Assembly (NCBI GenBank): GCA_049969675.1
Contig: JBMFOP010000031.1
Location: 1 to 31,752, forward strand
DNA length: 31,752 bases
Source of the DNA: Myxococcota bacterium
Lineage (GTDB): Bacteria > Myxococcota > SpSt-1050
Reading direction: 5' to 3'
This document shows positions 1 through 9,656 of the stretch, one piece after another. The position numbers and the translations under genes are program-made. The notes beneath the pieces are model-generated. The model searched no databases. It saw nothing but the letters and a program-made list of their open reading frames with translations, and had not been told where the DNA came from. Within the stretch, counting starts at the first letter, position 1. Every line of letters begins with the position of its first letter.

Positions 1-298
1 TATTACTCCATCATACATAAGGAAGAAAACCTAATTTTGCAAATCTTAAGTTTGAGGAAATTTAGATTATTTAATCGCAACCTCTATGCGAATTGAGCAG
101 GAGACTTTTTATTAAGTGATTATTGTTTTTACTACAATATAGACAATACATAAAATTTTGTAAAACATAGTTTGAAAGATTGATTATTTTTTGCGTTTTC
201 TAAATTTTTGTAAAAGAATTTTGTTATTGATATCTGAATTGGAATTTATTTATACGCCCCTGAAATTTTTTCCACATCTCCTATTTCACAATTCTCTG

Positions 299-2605
299 TC
301 AGCATTTCCGCATAATTGATGTTATAAAACCGGTGTCACCTGTCTTAATCCCGGATGCATTTGCCTCATCTGTATCAATGTGCATTGCAAGTCTGAAATT
401 CTTATCAACTCTCACCAGAACCTCTTCAAATGTTACGGCCCTCTCACCTTCAACTCTTACCTGAACAAGGTCTTTATCCTTTATCCCGAATCTTAGCGCA
501 TCTTCAAATGACATATGGATATGTCTTAGGGCAAGAATTACTCCTTTATCAATTGTGACTCTTCCAAGAGGTCCCTCTATTGTGATACCCGGTGTCCCTT
601 CAATGTCTCCTGATGCCCTGATTGGTGCCTGAATACCGAGTTTGAACTCCTCAGTCATTGCAATCTCTACCTGTGTCTCCTTTCGTTCTGGACCGAGAAT
701 TCTAACATTGTCTATCCTCCCCTTCGGTCCAATTAGAGATACCTTCTCTTTACATGCAAATTGTCCGTGTTGTGAGAGTTCATGCTCAATGGTAAGTTGA
801 TATCCCTTACCAAATAGTCGCTCAATATCTTCACGAGAGAGATGTATATGATGTGCCGAGACCTCAACAGGAATTGGGATTGGTTTTATATTGTTTATCT
901 CTTTTGTAATTTCATAGTTCTTTATAGCAATCAAACTTTCACGTGCTATCATAAATTCTTCGTCTGTAGGGATTACGAGTATTCTAACATCTGAATCTGA
1001 TTGAGATATATCCAATGCCTGCTTAAAGCCATTTGCACCTCTATTGAGTTCCTCATCAATTCTAATGCCCATACATTCAAGACCCTGCAGAGAGAGGGAC
1101 CTTACAAGTGCCGAACCCTGACCGATTCCCCCGGTAAATACAATCGCATCCACTCCCCCCATTGCAGCAATATATGCACCTATATACTTTCTTATCCTAT
1201 AGGCAAATGCCTTAATTGCAATAAGTGCCCTGTAATTTGAGCTCCCGGCGGCCTTTTCTAACTCTCGCATATCGTTTGAAATACCGGAAATTCCCCTGAG
1301 CCCTGAGAATTTGTTTATAATCTTATCTAACTGATTATAGTCTATATGCTCTGTACGCATAATGTGGATGAGCACCCCGGGGTCTATGTCCCCACATCTG
1401 CTCCCCATAATCAGCCCTTCTGCCGGAGTGAATCCCATACTTGTATCCACAGAGCGGCCGTGGTCAATTGCACATATTGAGGCGCCGTTCCCAAGATGGC
1501 AGGTGATAATTGAGAGAGAGGCATATCTCTTCTTCAAGAACTCCGCTGCCTTTAGAGAGACATAGGAGTGAGATGTCCCGTGAAAGCCGTACCTACGAAT
1601 CTTCTTCTCTGAATAATATTCATAAGGGAGGGCATACAGGAATGCGTAGGGTGGCATTGTCTGATGAAATGCGGTGTCAAAGACGGCTATATGAACAGCC
1701 TTTTTGAATAAAAGCCTTGATTCTCTAATCCCTGTAAGATTTACAGGATTGTGGAGTGGTGCATAAAATGATGCATTCTCTATCTCCTTTTCAACCTCAT
1801 CTGTTATTACAGTTGGGGCATTGTATCTCTCTCCACCATGAACCACACGGTGTCCAACTATATCTATCTCGTCTGGATTTTTTATAATCTTAAATCTATC
1901 TGATGTCAGAACTCCAATCATACTCAAAAATGCCTCTTTATGGTCTCTGGCATCTATTTCTATTTTCTCCTCATTCTCTTTATATGTATATTTGTGAAAT
2001 GTGCCCCGCTCTCCAATCTTCTCCACAATTCCCTTAAATGGTTCATCCTGTTTATAGGTATCATAATATGCGTACTTGAGAGATGAAGAACCGCAGTTGA
2101 TAATGAGTATCTGCCTTCTCTTATCCGAATTCAAGGTGATATGTCCATCTGCTTCTACTCTATCTTTTGATGAGACTTTTGAAATCTCTGATATCCTCTG
2201 TATTATAAGACGGGAGATATAGGTTATCGCAGATGGTTCAGTCATCAGGACCTTTGAAAAGATATTCTGTGGGATAAGCATTATCTCTGAATGTCTGTTT
2301 CCCACCACATTGGCAACTGTCTTTTCATTGGTCATCAGAGCAATCTCGCCAAATATCTCAAACTCATTGAGTTCTGAAATCTTCTTTCTACTTCCATCGT
2401 TTTCAACCCTTAATATATCTACACCACCAGAGAGGACAACGCCCAAAAATCTCCCCTTCTCCTCCTCCTCAATTACTGCCTCATTCTCCTCTACGGTTAC
2501 AATCTTTGAGCCATCAATGATAATATCTAATTTTTCATCAGAGAAATTTTTAAAGAGTTCAACTCTCTCCTTTAATATTGATAAAAGTCTGTCTCTATCA
2601 AGCAT
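299..2605 (-). CDS. ackA: Fusion protein: cyclic-nucleotide-binding domain + acetate/propionate kinase + PduL-type phosphate acyltransferase
   Basis: N-terminal cNMP-like domain (LFKNFS...GGVDI...FGEIAL). Central acetate kinase motifs INCGSSSLK, GHRVVHGG, APLHNP, FDTAFHQT, RYGFHGTSH, CHLGNGAS, DTSMGFTP, IPTDEE. C-terminal PduL/PTAC motifs VSAHHIHLS, LSQHGQFA, VRILGPER, TQVEI, RHIHM, MHIDTDEANA. SD-like AGGAGGAGG upstream. Confidence 0.92.
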   Translation of the reverse strand: MLDRDRLLSILKERVELFKNFSDEKLDIIIDGSKIVTVEENEAVIEEEEKGRFLGVVLSGGVDILRVENDGSRKKISELNEFEIFGEIALMTNEKTVANVVGNRHSEIMLIPQNIFSKVLMTEPSAITYISRLIIQRISEISKVSSKDRVEADGHITLNSDKRRQILIINCGSSSLKYAYYDTYKQDEPFKGIVEKIGERGTFHKYTYKENEEKIEIDARDHKEAFLSMIGVLTSDRFKIIKNPDEIDIVGHRVVHGGERYNAPTVITDEVEKEIENASFYAPLHNPVNLTGIRESRLLFKKAVHIAVFDTAFHQTMPPYAFLYALPYEYYSEKKIRRYGFHGTSHSYVSLKAAEFLKKRYASLSIITCHLGNGASICAIDHGRSVDTSMGFTPAEGLIMGSRCGDIDPGVLIHIMRTEHIDYNQLDKIINKFSGLRGISGISNDMRELEKAAGSSNYRALIAIKAFAYRIRKYIGAYIAAMGGVDAIVFTGGIGQGSALVRSLSLQGLECMGIRIDEELNRGANGFKQALDISQSDSDVRILVIPTDEEFMIARESLIAIKNYEITKEINNIKPIPIPVEVSAHHIHLSREDIERLFGKGYQLTIEHELSQHGQFACKEKVSLIGPKGRIDNVRILGPERKETQVEIAMTEEFKLGIQAPIRASGDIEGTPGITIEGPLGRVTIDKGVILALRHIHMSFEDALRFGIKDKDLVQVRVEGERAVTFEEVLVRVDKNFRLAMHIDTDEANASGIKTGDTGFITSIMRKC

Positions 2606-2633
2606 ATCCTCCTCCTGATATGATATAGTGAAT

Positions 2634-2661
2634 CTTATACATAAAAGGGTATGGATTACAA
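2634..2661 (-). promoter_or_regulatory. Putative sigma70-type promoter of the ackA-pduL fusion (TTGTAA-N16-TATAAG)
   Basis: Plus strand has TTACAA at 2656-2661 and CTTATA at 2634-2639, about 30 nt upstream of the start codon. Confidence 0.4.
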
Positions 2662-2701
2662 TAAAATTGGCTTTGTAAATTCTTATTTTGCGATTATTCC
2701 C

Positions 2702-2730
2702 TTGTCAAATCCCACTAATGATAATATAAG
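2702..2730 (+). promoter_or_regulatory. Putative sigma70-type promoter of the alpha-2-macroglobulin gene (TTGTCA-N17-TATAAG)
   Basis: TTGTCA 2702-2707, 17-nt spacer, TATAAG 2725-2730. SD AGGAGG at 2744-2749 precedes ATG 2755. Confidence 0.5.
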
Positions 2731-2754
2731 ATCTATAAACTATAGGAGGTTCCA

Positions 2755-5700
2755 ATGAAGAGTGTAACCTTTTTCTGCATTTTATTACTTATTATTTCAA
2801 TAGTCTTTTGTGGCTGTGGAAATAGTATAGATGCGAGTACAGACCTTAAAGTTCTGGAGCAGAGGGGTCTTTCAGATGATGGTATAGCCATAAAAGGGAC
2901 ACAGCCTCTACCGGTGGTTGAGTATAAAGCGGAGAAGATTTTCAAAAAAGAGAGATGGGAGAATATCTCAGAGCCCAATGTCCCCGAATGGTCAAAAGTA
3001 AACAGGATGGTTAAAGAACAGAAGTATGAGGCTGCATACAGTGAACTTGAGAAGTTGTTAAAGAGATTTAGAGAAGAAAAGGAGTATGAGAGAATTACTC
3101 ATACATTGATGAAGATGGTGCAAATCAGGATGGCACTCCATGGATATGAGACTGCTGTAAATTTTCTGAAAAGTGAGGAGTGGCCCGATGGTCTATATTC
3201 ACAGATGGTGCTAAATCTTTACTATGCATTTTCACTGGTTACATATTATAACTCTTATAGTTGGGAGATAAATAATAGAGAGAAGGTGGAGAGTCTAAAT
3301 GGGGTTGACCTCAAAAAGTTGACAAAAGATGATATCTATTATGAGGCACAGAGGGCATATCTAAAAGTCTTTTCAAACAGGGAAGAGCTATCAAATGTAA
3401 AGATAAAATCATTCTCAAATTATATCACTCCGAATACATATCCAGAGAGGATAAGGGGCACATTAAGAGATGCCATTTCATATCTCTATACTCAATTACT
3501 TGATAATACAAATCTATGGAAGTTAGAAGAATTAAATAATGTCTATACACTTCCACTTGAGGATATGCTCCAGATAAAGAAGGTAATTGTCAATTTAAGT
3601 GATAGAGATACCCATCCATTACTCAAGATTGTATATATTCTGGATGACCTCTCGGAGTGGCACAGGTCAAATGGAGAGACAGAGGCGGCATTTGAGGCAT
3701 ACCTTACAAAACTGGAGATTCTCTATAAGAGATTTACAGATTTAAGTGACCGTGAGAAGGTCAGAAACTCACTTGAGACTGCTCTAAAGAAGATTGAGAC
3801 ATTAGAATGGTGGACAGAAGGGATGGCCTCTCTTGCCTCAATGGTGATGAAAGAGGGGAAGCCAGATTCCTATATTACGGCACACAGGATCACAATAGAT
3901 TGTCAGAAGAGATTCTCAGGTTCTATTGGGGCAAAACGTTGTCTCTCCATACAGAAGGAGATAGAGGCACCAGCCTATAGCATTTTGGGGATGAATCTGG
4001 ATGGTAAGAATAGAAGGTCTATCGCAGTCAATTATAAAAATCTCAATAGAGTATATTTCAGGGCTTACAGGATGGACTTCTTTTCGCTCCTGAATAAGGC
4101 AAAGGATTATTATTTATATCCTCAATATAAGCAACTGGACAATATTGTATTCAGAAATAATCCAGACTTTGAATGGAGTGAAGAACTACCCGAGACAAAA
4201 GATTATCAGATGCATACAAAGTATATTGTTCCCCCATTCAAGGAGAATGGGCTCTATCTGATTGCCGTCTCTGCAAGGAGAGGATTTCCTAAATCCGACA
4301 ATCAGATTCAGGCGATCTACATCAATATCTCCGATATGATTCTTGAGACACGAAATGATTATGACAATTCTATCGGTGTAAGAGTGATGTCTGGAGATAA
4401 TGGAAAGCCCGTTCAGGATGCTGAGGTCTGCCTCTATAGATATGATTGGCAATATGGTCATAAAATGGAACAGTGTCTGAAATCTGATAGCTCTGGTCTT
4501 ACACACTTTATTAATAAGGGATATCAGAGTAATTATTATTTTATAGTGGCAAGAAAGGGGGATGATTTTACAACAGATTTACAATATAGCTATTTTTATG
4601 GAAATGTGCCAAAAGATATAACAGATAGGACTCTAATCTTTACAGACCGTTCAATATACAGACCTCTCCAAAAGGTAAAATGGAAAATAGTTCATTTCCA
4701 CGGGGATTTTTCTAAAGGGGAGTATAAGGTCGTCACGGATAGACAACTTGAGGTAATTTTATATGATTATAACCATCAGGTAGTTGAGAAGAAATCTGTT
4801 ACTACTAATGAGTATGGGACTGCGTCAGGTGAATTTACCATCCCCAAAGGTAGGATCTTGGGCGAATGGACAATCGGCACAAGTTGGGGTTCTCAATATA
4901 TCAAAGTTGAGGAGTATAAGAGACCCACATTTGAGGTGACATTGAACAAGCCCGAGAGTCCATTGAGGCTCAATAAAGATGCAGAGATAACAGGAGAGGT
5001 GAAATATTACTTTGGACTGCCAGTTGCAACTGGAACCGTCAGATATGTAATTACCCGTCAGGCAATCTTCCCGTACTGGTGGGGGTACTATTCGGCTGGT
5101 TATGGCTACTTTCATGGTTATAATCGGGGCGCACAGACAGTTGCCTCCGGGACAGAGATACTTGATAAAGATGGAAGGTTTAAGGTAAAGTTCCTGCCAC
5201 AGGCAGATGAGAGGTTTGCAAAGAGTGATAAAGGGATCACATACTGGTACAGGGTAAATGTTGATGTTACAGATGAGGGTGGAGAGACAAGGTCTGCAAG
5301 TCAGTCATATAGAGTGGGATTCTCTTCTGTTGAGGCGAATATCAACTCTGATCTTAAATTTTTTATTGCAAAGGAGAAGGAGAATAAATTCAATATTGTT
5401 CGCTCGGGTCTAAACGGTGAACCAAAGGCCGGGAGGGCTAAATACAGAATTGTCTCTCTCAAAAATCCAGAAAAGGCTCTTATGCCGGCTGAGATGAAGA
5501 GGGAGATTCCAGACTTCTTAAAAGGTTCGGATTATGAGAAATACAGACATAGTGATGACCTGATAAGAGGGAGATGGGAGAGGGATTATTCTATAGACCG
5601 TATATTATTTGGATTGAAGGACGATAAGGAGGTTAAAAGCGGTGAGATACAACACAATGAAAAAGGTGAATATGAACTGGATCTCTCTAACCTTGAGGCC

Positions 5701-8700
5701 GGGCTTTATAAACTCTATTATGAGACAGTGGATGATTTTGGAGAGAAGTATGAGACTCAGAAGACATTTATAGTTGCAGATAGTTCAAGTAGATTTAATC
5801 TCCCTCTGATATTTTATGCCCAGAAGAATAATTACAGAGTTGGGGAGAAAGCAAGATTCCTCACAATCTCTGGCTTGAAGGATACAGTGATATACATTAG
5901 TAGATATCAATCCGGGAAGACTGATAAGGAGGAGATTGTTGATACCTCACTGGGGAGCCCAATCTATGAGTTTAAGATAGAGGAGTATATGAGGGGTGGT
6001 ATTGTAATGACTGCCTCACTATATAATGATTATCAGGTGATTCAGTTGAATGAATCTATCTCAGTGCCATGGGACAATAAGGAATTAAAAATTGAGTTTT
6101 TGACATTCAGAGATACTCTAAGACCTGGTGAAAGAGAGAGATTTAAGATAAAGGTGACAGCGCCAGATGGCGTAAAGAATTTGAGTAAAATTACTGAACT
6201 CCTCTCATATATGTACGATAAGTCCCTTGACTACTTTACATCACATCTATATCCAAATCTTTTAAGTACCTATCCTCAAAAAGGGTTTCTGGGGAGAATA
6301 AGGAGTAACCTGTTTACTGCACATCCTGATTGGGTGAGCTGCAATGGATTCAATCCGCTTCCATCCGCTCCAACTCTTTCTCCCGATTATCTCAAATACT
6401 ATTCAGGTTATGGGATTGGTGGTGTTGGTTACAGGAAAAAGACTCGGACCTTATATGATAATACCAAGTCGGGTGAGGAATATGAGATGGCTGATAAGGC
6501 TTTGCCGGGTGCGGCACCTCCAGCGAAAAGATCTATGGAAAGGGATAAAGGAGATATTTCACCACTTGCAGAAAAGAAACCTACATTGGGTTCATCGGCA
6601 GGCGGTAAGGTTGAACTGGAGAGAGTTACTGATTCTGCTGTTGCTACAAAGAATAATGGAGATGAGACTAGCAAGGGTATTTCAGAGAAGCCATTGGAGA
6701 TGAGGAAGGACTTCTCTGAGACGGCATTTTTTTTACCACATCTACTCCTTGAATCCGATAATACCGCTTCAATAGAATTCAAGGCGCCGGACTCTGTAAC
6801 ATCGTATAATTTATTTGTGCACGCCATTACCAGGGATTTGATGGGTGGGAGTGTCAATAAGGAAGTAAGAGTTATTAAGGAACTTATGGTAAGACCTTAT
6901 CTCCCGAGATTTTTAAGGGAGGGGGATGAGGCAGAGATAAAGGTGGTGGTGAATAACGCCTCTGATAAGGAGATTTCTGGAGATTTAAGATTTGAGATCA
7001 TTGACCCATCAAGTGAGAAAAGCCTGAATGCTGATTTTGGTCTTAAAGATTCAGATACAAATAAATCTTTTAATATCAAACCAAAGGGGTCAACAAATCT
7101 CTCATTTGCAATCAGGACCCCGGTAAAGATTGATATTGTGAATGTCAGGGTGAGTGCCCGCACAAAGGACTTTACAGATGGGGAATTGAGGCAGCTCCCT
7201 ATTCTACCGGGTAGAATGCACCTCATTCAGAGCAAATTTGTAGTATTAAAAGATAAGAGTACAAAAGTTATAAAATTTGACGACCTTTTGAGAAATGATG
7301 ACCCCACACTTATAAATGACCAGATGGTAGTAACCCTTGATGCACAGCTCTTTTTTACAATACTTCAATCTCTACCTTATCTCGTGAATTACCCTTATGA
7401 GTGCACAGAGCAGACATTAAACAGATTTGTCTCCACTGCAATTGTGAGCTCCGTATATAAAAATCACCCGGCGATTGCAAAGATGGCAGAGTCCTTTTCA
7501 AATGAGAGGGATACAAGATTTGAAAAGTGGGACACACCGGATCCAAACAGGAAGATGCTCCTTGAGGAGACCCCATGGCTCAATATGGCAAAGGGCGGAT
7601 TTGAAGCAAAAGAAGACCTGACTAATGTCCTCAACCCGGAGATAGCAAATATGGAACGAGATAGGTCGCTTGATAAATTGAGAAGGGCACAGACCTCAAT
7701 TGGGGGGTTCCCGTGGTTTCCAGGTGGTCCACCATCTCCATATATCACTCTCTACATTTTATACGGCTTTTCAAAGGCGATAGAATTTGGTGTAGACCTC
7801 CCGAGAGATATAATATTGAGGGGATGGCAGTATCTGCATCAACACTATATCACAGAGGTATTCCCTTACGCGAAGGCACACAATTGTTGCTGGGAGTTTA
7901 TCACATTCTTGAATTATGTCCTCTCAAATTACCCGGACAGTTCGTATTATGGGGGGATATTTACACCCGGTGAGAGGGAGGAGATGCTTGAATTCAGTTT
8001 TAAGCACTGGAAGAGCCATTCTCCATATCTCAAGGGCTATCTCGCACTTACCCTTGAGAGAATGAAGAGGCATAAAGACGCAGTTATGGTCTTTGAGAGT
8101 GTAATGGACTCGGCAAAGTATTCTGAAGATGAAGGGACGCACTGGGCACCGGAGGATAGAGGATGGTTATGGTATAACGATTCTATAGAGACACACGCAT
8201 TTGCAATAAGGACACTTCTGGAGGTAATGCCAGAGGATAAGAAACTGGATGGGCTTGTGCAGTGGATTCTTATGAATAAGAAGCTCAATCACTGGAAGTC
8301 AACCAGGGCAACAGCCGAGGTAATTTACTCCCTCATAAAATATATGAAAGCAAATAAGAGTCTTGGCATAAGGGAGGAGGCAAAGGTAATAATTGGTAAT
8401 GATGAATATAAATTTGTATTTGAACCAGATAAATACACAGGGAAGAAGAATCAGATTTTAATCCCGAGGGAGAAGATAAATCCCGAGACCACATCCAAAA
8501 TCACGATAGATAAGGTTAGCAGAGGTTTTATGTTTGCCTCTGCCACCTGGCACTTCTCAACAGAGAAACTTCCAGATGCCGAGAGAGGTGACCTCTTCTC
8601 TATTTCAAGGAGTTATTTCAAGAGAGAGCCAACACAGAAAGGTTATATCCTGAAACCGCTTAAGGAGGGTGCAAAGATTGCAGTTGGAGATCAGATTGAG

Positions 8701-9015
8701 GTACAGATATCAATTAAATCCAGACACCCTGCAGAGTATGTCCACTTAAAAGACCCAAGGCCCGCGGGTTGCGAGCCAGAGAGTACAACCTCAAAACACA
8801 GATGGGATCTCGGCATATACTGGTATGAAGAGGTGAGAGATTCTGCTCAAAACTTCTTCTTTGAAAATCTACCTCAGGGGGAATATACTTTCAAGTATAG
8901 ATTGAGGGCAAATATGGCTGGGAGATTCAAGGTCGCGCCTGCCACAATTCAGTCTATGTATGCACCGGAATTCAATGCCTACTCAAAGGGTGAAACAATA
9001 AATATTTATCAATAA
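2755..9015 (+). CDS. Bacterial alpha-2-macroglobulin family protein, thioester-containing, probable lipoprotein
   Basis: 2086 aa. Signal peptide ending VFCGCG. MG2 motif FTDRSIYRP. VEEYKRPTFEV. Low-complexity bait-like region before MRKDFSETAFF. LPRFLREGD. Thioester motif YPYECTEQ (CxEQ). C-terminal YVHLKDPRPAGCEP and PATIQSMYAPEF. Confidence 0.95.
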   Translation: MKSVTFFCILLLIISIVFCGCGNSIDASTDLKVLEQRGLSDDGIAIKGTQPLPVVEYKAEKIFKKERWENISEPNVPEWSKVNRMVKEQKYEAAYSELEKLLKRFREEKEYERITHTLMKMVQIRMALHGYETAVNFLKSEEWPDGLYSQMVLNLYYAFSLVTYYNSYSWEINNREKVESLNGVDLKKLTKDDIYYEAQRAYLKVFSNREELSNVKIKSFSNYITPNTYPERIRGTLRDAISYLYTQLLDNTNLWKLEELNNVYTLPLEDMLQIKKVIVNLSDRDTHPLLKIVYILDDLSEWHRSNGETEAAFEAYLTKLEILYKRFTDLSDREKVRNSLETALKKIETLEWWTEGMASLASMVMKEGKPDSYITAHRITIDCQKRFSGSIGAKRCLSIQKEIEAPAYSILGMNLDGKNRRSIAVNYKNLNRVYFRAYRMDFFSLLNKAKDYYLYPQYKQLDNIVFRNNPDFEWSEELPETKDYQMHTKYIVPPFKENGLYLIAVSARRGFPKSDNQIQAIYINISDMILETRNDYDNSIGVRVMSGDNGKPVQDAEVCLYRYDWQYGHKMEQCLKSDSSGLTHFINKGYQSNYYFIVARKGDDFTTDLQYSYFYGNVPKDITDRTLIFTDRSIYRPLQKVKWKIVHFHGDFSKGEYKVVTDRQLEVILYDYNHQVVEKKSVTTNEYGTASGEFTIPKGRILGEWTIGTSWGSQYIKVEEYKRPTFEVTLNKPESPLRLNKDAEITGEVKYYFGLPVATGTVRYVITRQAIFPYWWGYYSAGYGYFHGYNRGAQTVASGTEILDKDGRFKVKFLPQADERFAKSDKGITYWYRVNVDVTDEGGETRSASQSYRVGFSSVEANINSDLKFFIAKEKENKFNIVRSGLNGEPKAGRAKYRIVSLKNPEKALMPAEMKREIPDFLKGSDYEKYRHSDDLIRGRWERDYSIDRILFGLKDDKEVKSGEIQHNEKGEYELDLSNLEAGLYKLYYETVDDFGEKYETQKTFIVADSSSRFNLPLIFYAQKNNYRVGEKARFLTISGLKDTVIYISRYQSGKTDKEEIVDTSLGSPIYEFKIEEYMRGGIVMTASLYNDYQVIQLNESISVPWDNKELKIEFLTFRDTLRPGERERFKIKVTAPDGVKNLSKITELLSYMYDKSLDYFTSHLYPNLLSTYPQKGFLGRIRSNLFTAHPDWVSCNGFNPLPSAPTLSPDYLKYYSGYGIGGVGYRKKTRTLYDNTKSGEEYEMADKALPGAAPPAKRSMERDKGDISPLAEKKPTLGSSAGGKVELERVTDSAVATKNNGDETSKGISEKPLEMRKDFSETAFFLPHLLLESDNTASIEFKAPDSVTSYNLFVHAITRDLMGGSVNKEVRVIKELMVRPYLPRFLREGDEAEIKVVVNNASDKEISGDLRFEIIDPSSEKSLNADFGLKDSDTNKSFNIKPKGSTNLSFAIRTPVKIDIVNVRVSARTKDFTDGELRQLPILPGRMHLIQSKFVVLKDKSTKVIKFDDLLRNDDPTLINDQMVVTLDAQLFFTILQSLPYLVNYPYECTEQTLNRFVSTAIVSSVYKNHPAIAKMAESFSNERDTRFEKWDTPDPNRKMLLEETPWLNMAKGGFEAKEDLTNVLNPEIANMERDRSLDKLRRAQTSIGGFPWFPGGPPSPYITLYILYGFSKAIEFGVDLPRDIILRGWQYLHQHYITEVFPYAKAHNCCWEFITFLNYVLSNYPDSSYYGGIFTPGEREEMLEFSFKHWKSHSPYLKGYLALTLERMKRHKDAVMVFESVMDSAKYSEDEGTHWAPEDRGWLWYNDSIETHAFAIRTLLEVMPEDKKLDGLVQWILMNKKLNHWKSTRATAEVIYSLIKYMKANKSLGIREEAKVIIGNDEYKFVFEPDKYTGKKNQILIPREKINPETTSKITIDKVSRGFMFASATWHFSTEKLPDAERGDLFSISRSYFKREPTQKGYILKPLKEGAKIAVGDQIEVQISIKSRHPAEYVHLKDPRPAGCEPESTTSKHRWDLGIYWYEEVRDSAQNFFFENLPQGEYTFKYRLRANMAGRFKVAPATIQSMYAPEFNAYSKGETINIYQ

Positions 9016-9043
9016 CAGGAAAAGTTAGGAGATAAATTCTTAT

Positions 9044-9072
9044 TTGACTAATGGAAGAAAACAATCTATAAG
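9044..9072 (+). promoter_or_regulatory. Putative promoter of tRNA-Ala (TTGACT-N17-TATAAG)
   Basis: TTGACT 9044-9049 and TATAAG 9067-9072, 14 nt before the tRNA 5' end. Confidence 0.55.
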
Positions 9073-9086
9073 TCCTTCTCTCTGAT

Positions 9087-9159
9087 GGGGCGGTAGCTCA
9101 GATGGGAGAGCATCACGTTCGCAACGTGGAGGCCGGGGGTTCGAATCCCCTCCGCTCCA
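9087..9159 (+). tRNA. tRNA-Ala(CGC), CCA not encoded
   Basis: Acceptor stem GGGGCGG/CCGCTCC with G3:U70. D arm GCTC/GAGC. Anticodon arm TCACG-TTCGCAA-CGTGG. T loop TTCGAAT. Discriminator A followed by TTTT. Confidence 0.96.
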
Positions 9160-9230
9160 TTTTATATTCAGCTTTTGCGTTTGACTAATTTGTTGACTTA
9201 TTTTCAATGTTGTATAAAATACTCTTTACT

Positions 9231-9656
9231 ATGAAGTGCAACATTTTTATTATATCGCTTTTACTTTTTTTCCTCTTTCATTGTGGTTCGCCAGATTTTA
9301 TAATTGACAATAGCAGGACGGAGGAATCAACCCTTTCCATTATATATTTCTTTCCTACTACAGATTATTCAAAGGGTATAAAGGCAGATATGCCGATAGT
9401 ATTTATATTCTCTGAAAATATTGATGTGGATTCTGCACTAAAAGGGTTAAGTATTGAAAAGACAGGGCCTGGCCAAAGACAGAATGTAAAACCCAGATGC
9501 AATTATAATGAGACTGAGTATATGCTGCAGTGTCTCCCCGAGAGCGGGAGATGGGATCTCAAATCCAATTACTCAATAAAGATAAAGGATGTCAAATCCA
9601 GAGATGGGACAAAGGTGCTGGATAAAGAGTATAGCTATACCTTCTCTACAATCTGA
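9231..9656 (+). CDS. Ig-like (Big_5-type) domain lipoprotein
   Basis: Signal MKCNIFIISLLLFFLFH-C. Big_5-like pattern FP...PIVFIFSENID...P...YSIKI..VKSRDG..L...YSYTFST. ATG 9231 is preferred to the track start at 9207 because a TTGACT(9193)...TAAAAT(9215) promoter-like site overlaps 9207. Confidence 0.7.
   Translation: MKCNIFIISLLLFFLFHCGSPDFIIDNSRTEESTLSIIYFFPTTDYSKGIKADMPIVFIFSENIDVDSALKGLSIEKTGPGQRQNVKPRCNYNETEYMLQCLPESGRWDLKSNYSIKIKDVKSRDGTKVLDKEYSYTFSTI

Noticed and set aside
151..215. Near-duplicate TAAA(A/T)TTTTGTAAAA at ~151 and ~201
   Set aside because: It is short and almost entirely A/T in an AT-rich spacer, so it is not distinguishable from chance.
299..880. PduL domain as a sign of a microcompartment locus
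   Set aside because: No shell protein, aldehyde dehydrogenase or signature enzyme genes are present in the window.
9130..9159. tRNA 3' ends (here and at 16704-16730) as island attachment sites
   Set aside because: No duplicated tRNA 3' fragment was seen elsewhere, and neighbouring genes have backbone-like composition.
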